In this document: one piece after another, positions 12,147 to 25,157 of the stretch
Position numbering within the stretch: the stretch's first letter is position 1
Layout: every line of letters begins with the position of its first letter
Assembly: GCA_012295275.1 (NCBI GenBank)
Contig: CM022678.1
Span: forward strand, 10,788,001 to 10,852,000
Length of the DNA stretch: 64,000 bases
Direction of reading: 5' to 3'
From: Chrysomallon squamiferum
Taxonomy: Eukaryota; Animalia; Mollusca
Notes under the pieces: model-generated
Database searches by the model: none
The model's input: the letters and a program-made list of their open reading frames with translations, nothing else
Told to the model about the DNA's origin: nothing
Program-made: the position numbers and the translations under genes

Positions 12147-13728
12147 TACAAATAAGCAGACTGGACAAGTGCAGGAGTCTGTTTCAATCACAGGTGACAA
12201 CATTTGTGACAAACTGGAAGTTTCAGCTTGATGTGATTGTGAGAAAAAAAAAGATTCTTTGTGCTTAGATTAATCACTGGATTCATGTATACATGTGGAA
12301 GTATGGGACTGAAAGATGGATGGATGATGAATAAGAGATATAAATGGATGAAGTAAAATGGTTAGCCTGGTTAGAATAGGGAGGGATGATATATTCACAT
12401 AATATCCAAATAAAATAACTCACTGGATATTTGGGTATGGGTGTGTGTGTGTGTTCACATTAACATTTATATATAATTTGTGAGAGCTTGTGATTCATTT
12501 TTATTTATTTGTTTATCTACAATATCTCTGGCATGTTTTGATAATGATAATTTTGATGTGATAATTATAACAGTAAAGATTCAAATTAATAAACAAATAA
12601 TACAATACTTTCAAATATGAATACATTTTTTTAAATGAACTGTTGTAGTAAAATATCTCAACAGTACCTATTATATTCACATTTACTATAGTATCTACTA
12701 CACTGTATCTGCTATACCCATAGTATACTACTATATCCCATATCAACTATATTCCATATCTACTAGAGTCATATAAATGATATCCATACTTGATTTCAGA
12801 ATGTTTGATGCACTTCTTAGTGGTACCTACAGGTGTGATTCCAAGTTATGAACACATACAAGATAAAATTACATCATTTTATTCACCTGTTCATAGGCTC
12901 TGCATTTTTTGTACATCTACAGGTGGAACTAAAAATAGACATGGATAAAATTTTGTGCGTGCGTTTTGAAAGAAATATAATCCAAAATGCATGTTTGTTT
13001 TTTCTTTAAAATCCAAAATAAGATTACACCTGTTTATTTATTTATTTATTTAATTTTCTTACACTAAACAGTTTAAACTAGACTTTGATTTTTCATTTTA
13101 TTTTGTTACAACACATTTCAGAATCAGAAAATTCAAATAATCTTATAGACCTTCTAATTAATATACCTATGAATTTATCCATTTAAAAAATTTACTTAAT
13201 ATAATTGTAACAGAAGAAATTATGATTATTAAATACTTTATTTGGGTTAATATGTCAAAATATAAACAAAAATTATCCTCCTAAATAGGAATTTGTTACT
13301 CCAGTTTGATAATGCTGGCTAAAAAATTATAATTGAAAACAAAATAATTTACAATATTTATTTCAACAAAAATACTTTTTCATCTGAAAAATATAATTTT
13401 AGAAAAACTACTAAAAATTTTAAGATTTCTGATTTATCCAGTAAAACTATACTAATAAAATATGAAAAAAAAGAATACCAAGACATTTGTTTACAAAAAT
13501 GTTTTAAGTTAATATATAATTTGACAGACAAAATAACCTGCAAATTACTAATTAAGTAAATTTCTAATTTCTGATTTTATCTTTGAAACAACAAATACAT
13601 GCATATGTAGGTTTACATATTTCCTTCCATTTTATGTTTTATTGGGTAAATCTTTACCACAAGTCTTGGTATTTAATTATTATTTAATATTTGGATTATA
13701 TGATTAAGTAAAAAAAAAAAAAAAAAAA

Positions 13729-13774
<46 letters not shown>

Positions 13775-14299
13775 TAAAAAATTAAAAACATGAAACAAGA
13801 AATATATTTAAAAAAAAAAGTCCTTAAAATAAACATTATTTTTTTATTTTTTTTGTTTTTAATGTAAGTAATGAGTAATTTCTATGATCAATCATATTCT
13901 CTTTCTTTTCAAATTTATATCATAAGACTTAATGTCATATTTTTCACCACTGTTTGAAATACACTTTGAAATAAACATCATTTTCCCTATCATGTATTGT
14001 CTGAATGTTTTTATTTTTCTCACTCATTAGTATCATTTGAAATATTTGTTCTTGTTTAAGACTGCTGCAGACTTGACTGTACTTGGTGCTGTGTCTGGTC
14101 AAACATTTTTCTCACTGCTGTGACTGACTGAAAAAAGAGGCAGAACTGAATCCAGCATCTGTTTTTGATTTCTGAATCAGTCTGGCATCAGCTATCAAAA
14201 CTTTGATAGCATAAACTCAAATCTTCATCAAACTTGGCCACAGATTTTCATTTCTGCTTTCACATGTCTGTGCACTGAACTCCATCAAACCATCCTATA

Positions 14300-14365
<66 letters not shown>

Positions 14366-14401
14366 AAGAAGAAGAAGAAGAAGAAGAAGAAGAAGAAGAA
14401 G

Positions 14402-14447
<46 letters not shown>

Positions 14448-14448
14448 G
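14300..14448. repeat. Compound trinucleotide microsatellite (ATA)n(AGA)n(ACA)n
   Basis: Seen directly; it explains the spurious poly-L/F/V/I ORFs. Confidence 0.97.
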
Positions 14449-15577
14449 TAATAATTATGATATTAGCAGCATGAATAATAATAGTGAAAATATCTACTGC
14501 TTTAATATTAATACTAATAATTTTTATTACAATAAAGTAACACACTCTATATATATATTTGCTGCTAGGGCTAATTAATTTACTGCTTCTAAACTTACTT
14601 ATCTATATTGTGCATCAATTTAATTGAAAATATTAAGTAGCTATGGGTTGACTTTTCTTTAAAAATCACTTATTAAGAAATATTAGAAATCTGACTTCCA
14701 CAGTTACATCAATGATACATGAAAGAAAGACTTTCACTGGAATTGTTTCATTTAGGATGATATTTCTACCACCTGAATCAAAGTGTATAATTACTTGTTG
14801 TCTGCCCTGTCAAGTCTACTATTTCAAGTCAGTGGAACCTCAAGTCTCAGGTTCCTTAGGTTTGCAAATTGTAATCTTTACTGTAGAGGTAATTGTGTAC
14901 TGTTATCTATCATAATCCATCTGAATTCATTTTATTTATAAACAAACAACTGTGGTTTAATGTCAATCTCTAATCAACAGTAAAACAATGAATTTATGTT
15001 GCTATTCATGATCTTCCATGTGACCAGCTAGTGGTAACCAGTCTTCAAATGCAGTACTTGGTCACAACCACAAACCTCTATCAATTAACTGAACAGTGTG
15101 AAAAGGAAATGTCTAAAATTGATGTAACTGGAAATATTAGAAGCATTATTTTTGTTTGTGATTCAATTATTCAGACACCTGAGAACAGCAATAAAATACT
15201 TTCCCTCCCAGTGAATTATTAATACATTGTATTTAAGGGAAACAACTGAAGTCCACTAGCCTATTGCAAAATGTAGTCAAAATGTACTTCTATGTGATAA
15301 TATAAAACTAAAAACAAATGTAGACTAACTTTAGTAGAAAACAGTGATTATTTCACGTATCACCAGACTGCATGAACCATGTGTGTGTGTGAAATACTAA
15401 CAGTCTGCTGGATTCTGTTACCTGCAACCTGTTGATGAGTCCTTCCATCAACACCTCTACCAGTCAAAGTTTCTCTTGTGAGATCTCATGTGTCAAAGTT
15501 GTACTAAAACTACACTGAGCAGCTACACCAACAGTGACACCTGTAAATATTAACAGTAAAATAAATTTCAAATTTAA

Positions 15578-15580
<3 letters not shown>

Positions 15581-15637
<57 letters not shown>
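15581..15637. repeat. (CA)n microsatellite
   Basis: Seen directly. Confidence 0.97.
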
Positions 15638-15642
<5 letters not shown>

Positions 15643-16379
15643 CATATACACACACTCACAAACTTGCAACAAAACATTTGTTTTTAGATTCTGCTGTAGA
15701 AAACAAACATTTATTTGTGACCACCCAGCACAAAATGGGTTGCTTGTCATAAAGTTTACATTTTATGTTTTTAACTTTTCTAGATGAGCTTTGTCTTAGC
15801 AGTGAAAATTATATAAAAATCTAAAATATTGTTCCCAAGATATTAGTGATTGAACATTCTAACTTTCAATAATGAGATTCTTGTAAAACACAATTAAATA
15901 ATAATGATTATCATTTAAACATTTTCCATACCAACAACTACACCATATAAATAGGATCAGTAAAAAATGTCCTGATGTTTGAAGACAGTATCTGTTTTGT
16001 TTTTGTAGAACAGTTTATTTTAATTTTAATATTAATCTTTGACTGAATGTATTAAACTAGAAATACCTGATTAAACAGTAATAATTTAATAGTCATTAAA
16101 GAACATAAAACATAAAATTATAAAATGATATCTTGATTGATGAGAAAAGACATCACCACTGTTTAAAGTCTTCAGCTGTATTTTCCTCTTTTTATCACAC
16201 ATTAAAACATCTCCTTATACCTAAAATAATCTCATATTAATGCTTCAGCATGAAAATGTTTTGAGAAAATTAAAATGTCTCATATTCATTCCTAAACATG
16301 TACAAAATATTTTTTTACTAAAAAGAGAAATATCCTTTGACAAAACAGACTGAAACTAGTCTATTTACAAATTAGCAGC

Positions 16380-17270
16380 TTGACAGGTTCTTATGGGTGA
16401 CATGAGTAGCTTCACAGAGACTTTAAACTTTGACAACTAACATCTACATGTTTTCAATTAGATGGTGGATGGGCCATAGAAAAAGGGTCTGCAGAAATCT
16501 ACAACAGAATGGTTCATATTAAAATGCAGTGCAACAACTTGGACAAAGTCTCTGCAACTTGTACCCTAGGATTTTGATAACACCTGATTTCAAAATGATT
16601 TTAAAAATTTCTAGGATGCATATGTACAAAGCTTTCATGTCCACAAGTGTAAAAGACCATGATGTCTGTCATGGACTTTTGTTAACTTGGAATCGATGGC
16701 TAAAAAGGTCTCAGTATAGTGTGTTCTCTATATACATAAACACCTACATACTTGTACAACCCCTACTCAGTATTTGTGACTCCAAGCAACAAACACCTCA
16801 ACTAGTTGCAGTAGACTGAATAATTAAGAACATAACTGAAACTATTGTTCTCTGCAGTTATCTGAACCATGTGTTTAATTTCATTTGTTTTTGTTATCCT
16901 AGGTGTTGTGACAATTTCCCATCTAATACTCAGGGTGGGTACATAGTTCACTGGCTTCCCACCTACAAAATATGCTGAACAAACCCTCGTGTTTTCAGTA
17001 ACATTAAAATCTTTTTCATTTGTATGTGAAGTGATTACACACAAATGTTTCTGATCTGCACTGGCTGGATATTGATAGAAGGATAACAAATTTCCCAGAT
17101 GACTGCAATTGGAACAGTTAATAACTGAACAATAGTCGTGGCCTCCCATTAGAGAATGATTGGTTTTGCCCACCAATTTGCAAGTAGGACTATTTTGCCG
17201 AGATCTCGCAATTTGCATCCTTGAATTACCCGGCAATGGGCACATGCACAGTGGAATGTGAAATATCTCA
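16380..17270 (-). mobile_element. THAP-domain DNA transposon remnant (ISL2EU/PIF-Harbinger-like)
   Basis: ORF 16802-17245 (-) contains YCSVINCSN...SFYQYP...NTRVCSAYFVGGKP..VPTL, a decayed THAP C2CH domain. A plus-strand fragment near 16520-16560 (KC...LGQSLCN) resembles the SWIM motif of the opposite-strand accessory ORF of such elements. Confidence 0.7.
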
Positions 17271-19224
17271 ATTAACAGTTGACTCTAAAACCCAATATAT
17301 TATAATTTAGAAAATTCACTTTTCTTTTGAAAACCAAGAACACAATTAAAAACTAATTCTTTGCTTGGACATGTATACCCTTTTAAATGAGATAATAAGA
17401 ATAACAAAAAAATAAAAAAAAAATAGCCATTTATAATATTTTATTTTAAAACTATTTTAAAAATCTGTATTTCCAAAATACAACATTCATAAATGTTGTG
17501 TCACCAGATGAATTGCTGCTATCATTTTACTGTTACTGACTGTTATCTTTGTCAATAGAATAACATTAAAACCATTTTTCTCAAGAATCTAAATCAAATA
17601 CAACAAGGTGTAACAAAAAGGGCAGTACCTGATGTAAATGAAGATTTTATAACAGAGCTGGGATCCTTCCTCCAGTTTGTTCAGATTGTAGTCAGCCAAT
17701 GTTTCACCAGAAATCTTCACAGTCAGGTAGACTTGTAGTGTCTCACACCAGAGAACTGTGTGAAATTACAAAAATATGTGATATACTGAAATTTAAAAAA
17801 CAATCACATTTAGCCATCATCACAGAAGTCATAAAACAAATGTTTATAATAATAACAATAACAAAATAAAAATAACAATAATGATGATTAAAACAGATAA
17901 ATAAATTATATTAATAATAATAATGATGACAGTAAGAAGAAAAACAATAAACTGAAATCATAAATAAATAAATAATCCATTTAACGAAGGACCCTGTCTA
18001 ATAATAAAGATTTTTTCATGATTTTATCTTTTCATTTTTCATTATTTTCCCCAATCCTTGACAATTTTAGGCTACTTAATTATTGCATAAATACATTAAA
18101 TTCCTTACAAATGTTACAGAGAAATAAAACTTTTGCTACATACCAGAGGAAAGTGGTTTCAGCTGTTTTTCAGATAATCCTCACAGGTTCTTGATAAAAC
18201 AAAATTGGCATCTATAAAAAAAAAAAAAAATCAGAAAAAGAAAATTGTATCTGATCATTCTTTGAAGCTAAATTTTATATCAAACAACATTTATAATTAA
18301 AATAAACCATATATCTGTGATACTTAAGGATTGTCATTCTTATAAACTAAATAAAAAAACAAAAACAACTAACCTCTGAATCCAGTGAAAATGCAGGTGA
18401 CATCACATCACCAACAGCAGATCAAAATGCTGAAGAAGGATTTCAACTTTCAGCAACAAGCAGTCACAGTTTCTGAAATACTGAACATAGAAAAAACTGA
18501 GTTGTATAAGCATATAACAAAATACATGCATAAAAATACAATAAATGGTTATAGTTAAAAACTTTTATCTAATTATATATTTCTCTACATTAAATATTTA
18601 AATAAAACTTTTAACAATAAAAAAAATATAAAATTTCCTGAATATAAGACAATTATCTCTCTATTATTTGAAATTTTAGAGATCATACATTACTTTATTT
18701 TCATATTACAGAAACACAGACCAGGAAATTCTAATCCTGTGTAAATAAATAAATACACATATTATTTAAATATCAATACATTTTCTTTGTGGAAATTTCT
18801 TACACAACCCCAGTTGAAAATCAAGTTCAGATTATTTGCATATAATGGATGCATCATGAATATTCATAACTATAATGCAAAATAAATCAGTTTTTAAAAA
18901 ACTATTTTAATTATCAAGTTATGAACTAAGCCAAGTAAAAATATCTGAAACATTTCAACATTCTGAATATAACAATATCTGTGTTTTAATCTTATATGTG
19001 GCTCTTACTACAGAAATGGGGTTTATGGTTTTTCTGACAAGCCTAGATCCAGTTTCTTCAGTACACTCCTGTACCTCATCATGCAGCTTGAGGACTTTGT
19101 AAGCTACTTAAACACTGCAAACTCTGATCAGACTGTGTGAATGTACACTCTGATCTGCATCTACAATGGTAAGCCCTGTTTCTGCAGTCAGAACCACACA
19201 TAACAATAACAACCCATTCTTCCA

Positions 19225-19695
19225 GTTAAAGGACACAACTGATTCATACATTTGTCAAGCACAGCCAACTTTACAATCTCATCAACCAGTGACAGTGAGT
19301 CTTCTGATTCCTCACTGATCAAAAAGTCAAGTGGAAAGCTTTCCCTGCAGCACAGTGTATTCATTCTTCCTAAGACCAATCACTTGTTCAAGATGAATCT
19401 AACATGGTCAGTTTGTCTCGACATCCACAGACAGTGATGTGAAACACCATTAGTAAACATGGGATTTGTTCATTTACACACACAGCAATGTCAGACTCAG
19501 TCTGCTAATACAAAGACTCCTGGAAGAAGTTTATTCAATAAAATACAATCAAAAATATGTTTTGTTGTTGTGTTTGTATGATGTCCAAGTCTGTGCTCAT
19601 TAAGATTTTTAAGACACAGTATAAATAGTTTAGAACAATCTATTACCACTACTGTCTTCTGATCAAAGTGTTTTCTGAATTCTGTTGCACTGTTT
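19225..19695 (-). mobile_element. DDE_Tnp_4-type (ISL2EU/Harbinger) transposase remnant
   Basis: Minus-strand fragments EFRKHFDQKTVVVIDCSKLFI..KNL..AQTWTSYKHNN, LLNKLLPGVFVLAD, HLEQVIG..EYTVLQG and FPLDFLI. These match the IIDC.E.FIE.P...AQTWS.YKH.NT, L.PGD.VLADRGF and RIHVERVIG motifs of this family. Confidence 0.8.
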
Positions 19696-19832
19696 TTTAG
19701 GATTAATGTAAACATCAAGGTTAATGTAAAATGGCATATGTCCTTTACCATCACCCTCACCGTGACCTTCACCTACATAATTTTCAGTTATCCTTGTGTT
19801 AGTGGAGTATCAGACACTGAAATCACACTTAC

Positions 19833-22800
19833 TTGTTCATCTGGTGTTGAGACTCAGAGAAACAGTGGCTTCCAGTTATCTCCCCTTGACTGGAAATACA
19901 TCAGCTGTGATGGGTGATGTTTGAGCAGGTTTCCTAGGCTTTGTTGGAGATGTTGTCCTCTTTCTGGGAGTCTCGTCTCTTTCCTCTGCTTTTGAATGAT
20001 TTAAGTGTTTTTCTTTGGCTGGTTTTAGCTCAGCTGACATTAAAGGTTCAAGTTTTTCTCCATGATCACTGACATTCGACTGTTGAGGTTGGTCACCTGG
20101 TGTGACACTCTTCAACTTCATGCTGTCAGAATCGTTGTAGTTCAACATGGTCGGCTGCAGTGTCTGTGGGGCTCAAGGTCACCAACATTGAGCTGATCAT
20201 CAGCAAAACTTTGACTCGACATTAACCAAGAAAGTGGACAACTCACTGGTCTGATTCTGATTGGTGGTGCCTCATCTGAGCAGATAAAAAAATAAATAAA
20301 AAAATCAATCAATCAATAAAATACTGAATCAGATATTAAATAAATAAACAAACAAATCAAATATTAAATAAATAAACAAACAAACCAAATGTTAAATAAA
20401 TAAGCAAACAAACAAATCAAATATTAAATAAATAAACAAACAAAACAAATAAATAAACAAAAATAAACAAATAAAATATTAAATATTAAAAAGAATTAAT
20501 CAGTTTTCTTTCTTTCTCCCCAATTCAAGTAAGAAATCTATTATTTTATACTGTTATTGTTATAATTACTACAACAAAAACAAAAACAACTACTACTACT
20601 ACTACAACTACTGCTCCTGTTGCCACAGCTACTTTTCTTTTTACTTTTATCATAACAATTTCTCATTTAACTGTCATATACTCACACTCCCTCTATTACT
20701 TCTACTACTGCAACAACAAAATTACTATTATTAGTATTCTACTACTACTACTACAACTAGTACTATGACTACAGCTAGTATTTTTCTGACCATTAGTCAC
20801 ACAAGATACATTATGATCACAAAGCATCATCGGCTAAAATATCACCTATTACCACAAACAAGAACTATTATTATTAATTACTAATGCTATAACAACTACA
20901 CTACTACAACAATGGGTTGTACTACTACTACTGCTGTTACTATAACAACAACAACAACCTCTGCAGATGCTTCTGTTTCTGCCAGGCTAGTACAGATTCT
21001 TTGATGACATTTCTGTCCTGTGGCAACCTCGCAGAATTAGCTCTTCATGTGTACCCAGCAGCTTTTTATTTATCTATTTGTTTATTTATTTATTTATTTT
21101 TTTCTTTTTCTTTTCTTTCTTTCTTTATTTATTTGAAGATATATAAAATATTTCTCTTTCTGACAGATACATATATTAATAATGAATATTTTATTGTTAT
21201 ATATTTTTTTATCAAATTACTACATTATAAAGAATAAAATATACTAAATTTTTATCATCATCAAATTACAGTTAAAACTAAGTCAAAATTAATTTTTAAA
21301 CTTTCTGATCAAAACAGAATAAAGTAAACTGTATTTTTGTGAGTTGAAAACAAAACAAGAAATTGTTTTGATTACCTCTAGTACAAATATAAGCTAAAAA
21401 GAAATAAAACTATGCTAATGGAAATATAGAAATATGGAAGAATACTAATTTATCAGGCTATTTGTATACTACAATTACTTTACTTATTATTGCTCCTTGC
21501 TCTAATCTGCTTTTCTTATTCTTAGTATTCAGAATATATTACGAATAAAAAAACAAAGAAGAATGTAAATCAAACAGGTAAGTTAATGTCTGTGTTTTAC
21601 ATACCAGGTTTTTTAGAAACATCTGTCTGTTCTGCTGTCTGTGTGTGTCCCATTCTGATGTTTAGATAACAACACTTGTCTGTTTTGTAGTATGTGTCTG
21701 AAATAGGAAAAACAAAGATTATTTAATTTTTTGTTGCTTTTATTAGTAACATTGTTATATCTATATCATTGCCATTTACTGATACAAATGAATATTTGTT
21801 GAAAAATCAGTATCTTTTAAATATATTTCATTATAAGCTGATTATTGGTAAACATGAATTCTGCTAAAATAGAATTAGTCTGTAATAAAGAATAAATATT
21901 TTATTTAAGAACATAAACCACATGTATTTTTTACTAGTTCTTTGTATCTTCAAAACGTAAATAATAATACAGCTAATGAAAAAGAAAATGTGTTTCTGCA
22001 ATATGAAGTGACACCTATTTTAAACAAGCATCTAAAAATCTGTTTTTAATATATGAATTTCCAGAGAATAAAACACAAAACATATCATATATCAGGCACA
22101 GATCAACAGCTAGATTGGGAAATAACATTATTAGTCCTCAGTGCAGAACTGATCCTGGCCACACACTCCTTTTTGTTGTTTCTATCTTTAGTGATATAAT
22201 CAGCAGTTCTACATAAATAATTAACACTGAAACAATACATAAATTTTCTTCTGTAAATAATTTTAAATAAAATTCTTAAGCATATTCTAATATATCTTCC
22301 ATTTACTGTTTTTAGTTCTTTAATAGATTTTGATTTTTGTTTTGATTTTTCTAAACTGAAAAAAAACTACATATTTCTATCCATATCTAGATTCCACTGA
22401 GCTTCAGATCTTAAAATAGCACCATTACACTTAGATCTCTCAATTAAGTTTAACTTTTCTTCTAAAATTTCTACTCAAATCATGATGCTTATTTATAGCT
22501 AGTTTAACATATTCTCATTTTAAAGCATTTTGTATATTGTAATATTTCTTGTTTTCTCTTATTTGGTGCAAAATATTTTATATTTTAAGTTATTTGATCA
22601 AAGAACAGGTTCAGTTTGTAACAAAGGACACTCAGAAGCATTATTAATTACTTCAACAAGAGCTTTACAAAAAAGTTCATCTTTCAACAATTCATTATTA
22701 AAAATTCAAATACCTTGAACTCTCTCTACAAAAGAAAAATCTATTTCAAGTGATAAAAAATTGTGATCACTGACTGAGGTATCTATACATTGCTTATAAA

Positions 22801-24527
22801 CTGTTATAAATTTCTAGAAATTAAAAATAAATCAATTCTTGACTGTCTTATAGTTTTTCAACAATTTGAGATCTAGTAAATTGTTTTTTATCTGGATTTC
22901 AACCAAATATCAACTAAATTATAATTATAAATAACTGACTGTAATTCATCACTACTTTTCATACTGAAATTTTATTATTAATGCCTAAATCTATATTAGG
23001 ATCTAAAATTACATTAAAATCTCTGGGTTTAAAATCCACAAATTTACATAATCCTTTAAAGTTTAAAAAATAAAATTCTTTCTTCAATATTATTAGGCAC
23101 ATATACACTTATAAAACTATATTCATTGTCATCTATTTTACTATTAACTTCTAAAATCCTGCCTTCAGTGTCGCAACTATTAAAGGTAAACTTATAAGGA
23201 TTGTAAAAGATAAAATTACCCACACAAAAAAAACCCACTCCTTATCTTAGATATTAAGATTCATAAATTTACTTTATGCTAAGAAATATATAAGAACACA
23301 AACTCAACTTCACCTGCTCAGATTTGTTTCTCTTTGCGTTGGCAGCTGTACAAACTTTATTTAAACAGAAAATAATTGTGTCCTCAGTGCCTGATGGAAG
23401 TTCACTGGATGCATTAAAAGTTGTAATTCATCTGAAAGTTTTAAAATTGCTTGTTCAAAATGTTGAATTTAAAATATGAGGTCTCTTTAGGCTGTATGAT
23501 AAATTATACAAAACATGCACCCCAAATATCATTCTCCTTCTCCCTCTCTCCCCCCAGTCCATTCCTTAAGTCTCTCTCTTTCTCTCATACATTCATAGAT
23601 TTACTTGTTTAACTGTAATTATTATCTTTCTTTTCAGCTATCTGTTAATAAACAAGGTAGAAGGATGAATGTTTTTAAATACTTTCTTTATTGGTAGCAT
23701 TTTGAAATACTGACCATTATATATGGATTTTTTCAAGTCTGAAACCATCTATTTTAAATAATTTAATTTTATTTACATAGCAATAAACATCTTTCACTGA
23801 ATATGTTTACCATATAATTTTCAAAAATATAAAATGAAGAAAATAAATAAACTTTAACAGAGCCAAACTTATTTTAATAAAAGAAGATTTAATTTTATTT
23901 AGTAATTAACAAGATAATGAAAAGTTTAAGTATAAATTATCAATATAAATATAAATATAAATAAATAAAATGGCATACCTGACAGCTTGAACAGCACATT
24001 CTACTGAAACAACTTCACTGACATATGCCAACATCAGCACATCAATTAGAGCTATATGAGCACTCTGAAAAAAAAAAAAAAAAACCACAATTAAATTAAA
24101 TTGAAATAATAAATAAACAGTTATAAATGAATAGCTAATATTTCTGTTATTATTAACTAATTAAGATATAAATTGTACTGGAATCGGTTACTGGATTATT
24201 CAGACACAATGGGCTGTGGGATATTTTCAATATACTTTGTTATGAATAAATAATTTTACTTAGTAATGCAAAATCATTATAATGATAATAATAACATAAT
24301 TAGCAAAACAACAGCAAGTAAATCATTATTATTACGATATTTTATAATCAATAAAGAGTTTCTACAAAAATTATTTTACTCTAAGATAAGACAGAAAAAC
24401 AAAATAAAAAACTCACATCTCAGAATGGTGAAGTCTAAATAAGAATGGTTTCTTTAACTAGTGCTTCATCCTTCTCCATGATGTAAATTCACCTTTCTTG
24501 ACAAACCTGAATAATAATGCAGTGACG
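19833..24527 (-). pseudogene. CAMSAP: Truncated CAMSAP/patronin (calmodulin-regulated spectrin-associated protein) pseudogene
   Basis: Exons 24417-~24527 (H.IIIQ.LSRKG-IYIMEKDEALVKETILI*TSPF*), 23979-24064 (SAHIALIDVLMLAYVSEVVSVECAVQAVR), ~23305-23431 (*ITTFNASSELPSGTEDTIIFCLNKVC), 21605-21697, ~20959-21062 (NSARLPQDRNVIKESVLAWQ) and 19833-20275 (EKLEPLMSAELKPAKEK...EER). These match CAMSAP1 motifs (QALSRKGIYVME, SAHMAMVDALMMAY, FSTFSASKELP..LEDAMVFWINKV, EPLMPAVLKPAKEK). In-frame TAG/TGA stops are present; the rest of the CH domain, the coiled coils and the CKK domain were not found. Confidence 0.85.
22200..23240 (-). mobile_element. L1/Tx1-clade LINE ORF2 remnant (APE endonuclease region)
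   Basis: Minus-strand motifs in the expected order: GRILEVNSKIDDNEYSFISVYVPNNIEERILFF, GDFNVILDPNID, QSRIDLFLI, SDHN, FNNELLKD, GAILRSEAQW. Many stops. Confidence 0.85.
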
Positions 24528-25157
24528 TACGAAAAATAGTATGCTAGTTCTGTTTTCCTCAGAACAGTCTTCAAATCGTAGCAATATTCCGCGAAAAATT
24601 CTTATTTCAACTAACAATGTTTTAAAGATTACCTTCCATTCATTTTTAACGTGTACACGAAAAACTTGTTCGACACCCAGACTTAATGGCGAGTATGTGG
24701 TTTATCTCCCCTTTGTTCAACACTGGCTTGTTTACTTTATCATTTTCCTCCAAAATAATGTGCGCACTCTATTATCACTAATAACACTTTTATTTCATTG
24801 GATCGCTCTGTTTAAGCTGATCATCGGATGGCTATAAAAGTAAATCAGGCAAACTATACTGAATATTTCTGTCTCTGTAAATATTTTTCATATAATAATA
24901 ATTAGTATATTTAAGTTTCATAAGTATTTGAATATTTGAATTATATATACCTGTTTACTTGTTTGTTTGTTTGTCTATTTATTTATTTAATGGACTCATA
25001 TCACAAAGAAAGAACGTGGTCATATAATTAAATCTACCAACGCCACGTACGCACACATTCTGCGAATTTCCTTTAAATACAGATACTAATGAGTTGGCAA
25101 TGATTTGTGGTTGTAAATAGATTGTCAACTTTCGCGAAAAGTCACATTTACTAACCT

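Larger units (their letters stand above)
14056..18480 (-). pseudogene. Degraded exons of an unidentified multi-exon gene (possible hydrophobic segment plus C-terminal helical region)
   Basis: GC-richer blocks with AG/GT boundaries on the minus strand: 18374-18480, 18144-18211, 17629-17755, 15422-15540 and a terminal exon 14056-14294 (...AKFDEDLSLCYQSF...RNQKQMLDSVLPLFQSVTAVRKMFDQTQHQVQSSLQQS*). Frames are interrupted by stops and shifts. Family not recognised. Confidence 0.5.

Noticed and set aside
11779-12231. VC/YLFI-rich ORFs
   Set aside because: Translations of microsatellites; likewise the ORFs at 14260-14545, 15464-15752, 30819-31186, 48314-48598 and 56159-56415.
17629-17755. GETLADYNL as a ubiquitin-like motif
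   Set aside because: Only a short resemblance to GRTLSDYNI; no other ubiquitin features, and the true frame is uncertain.
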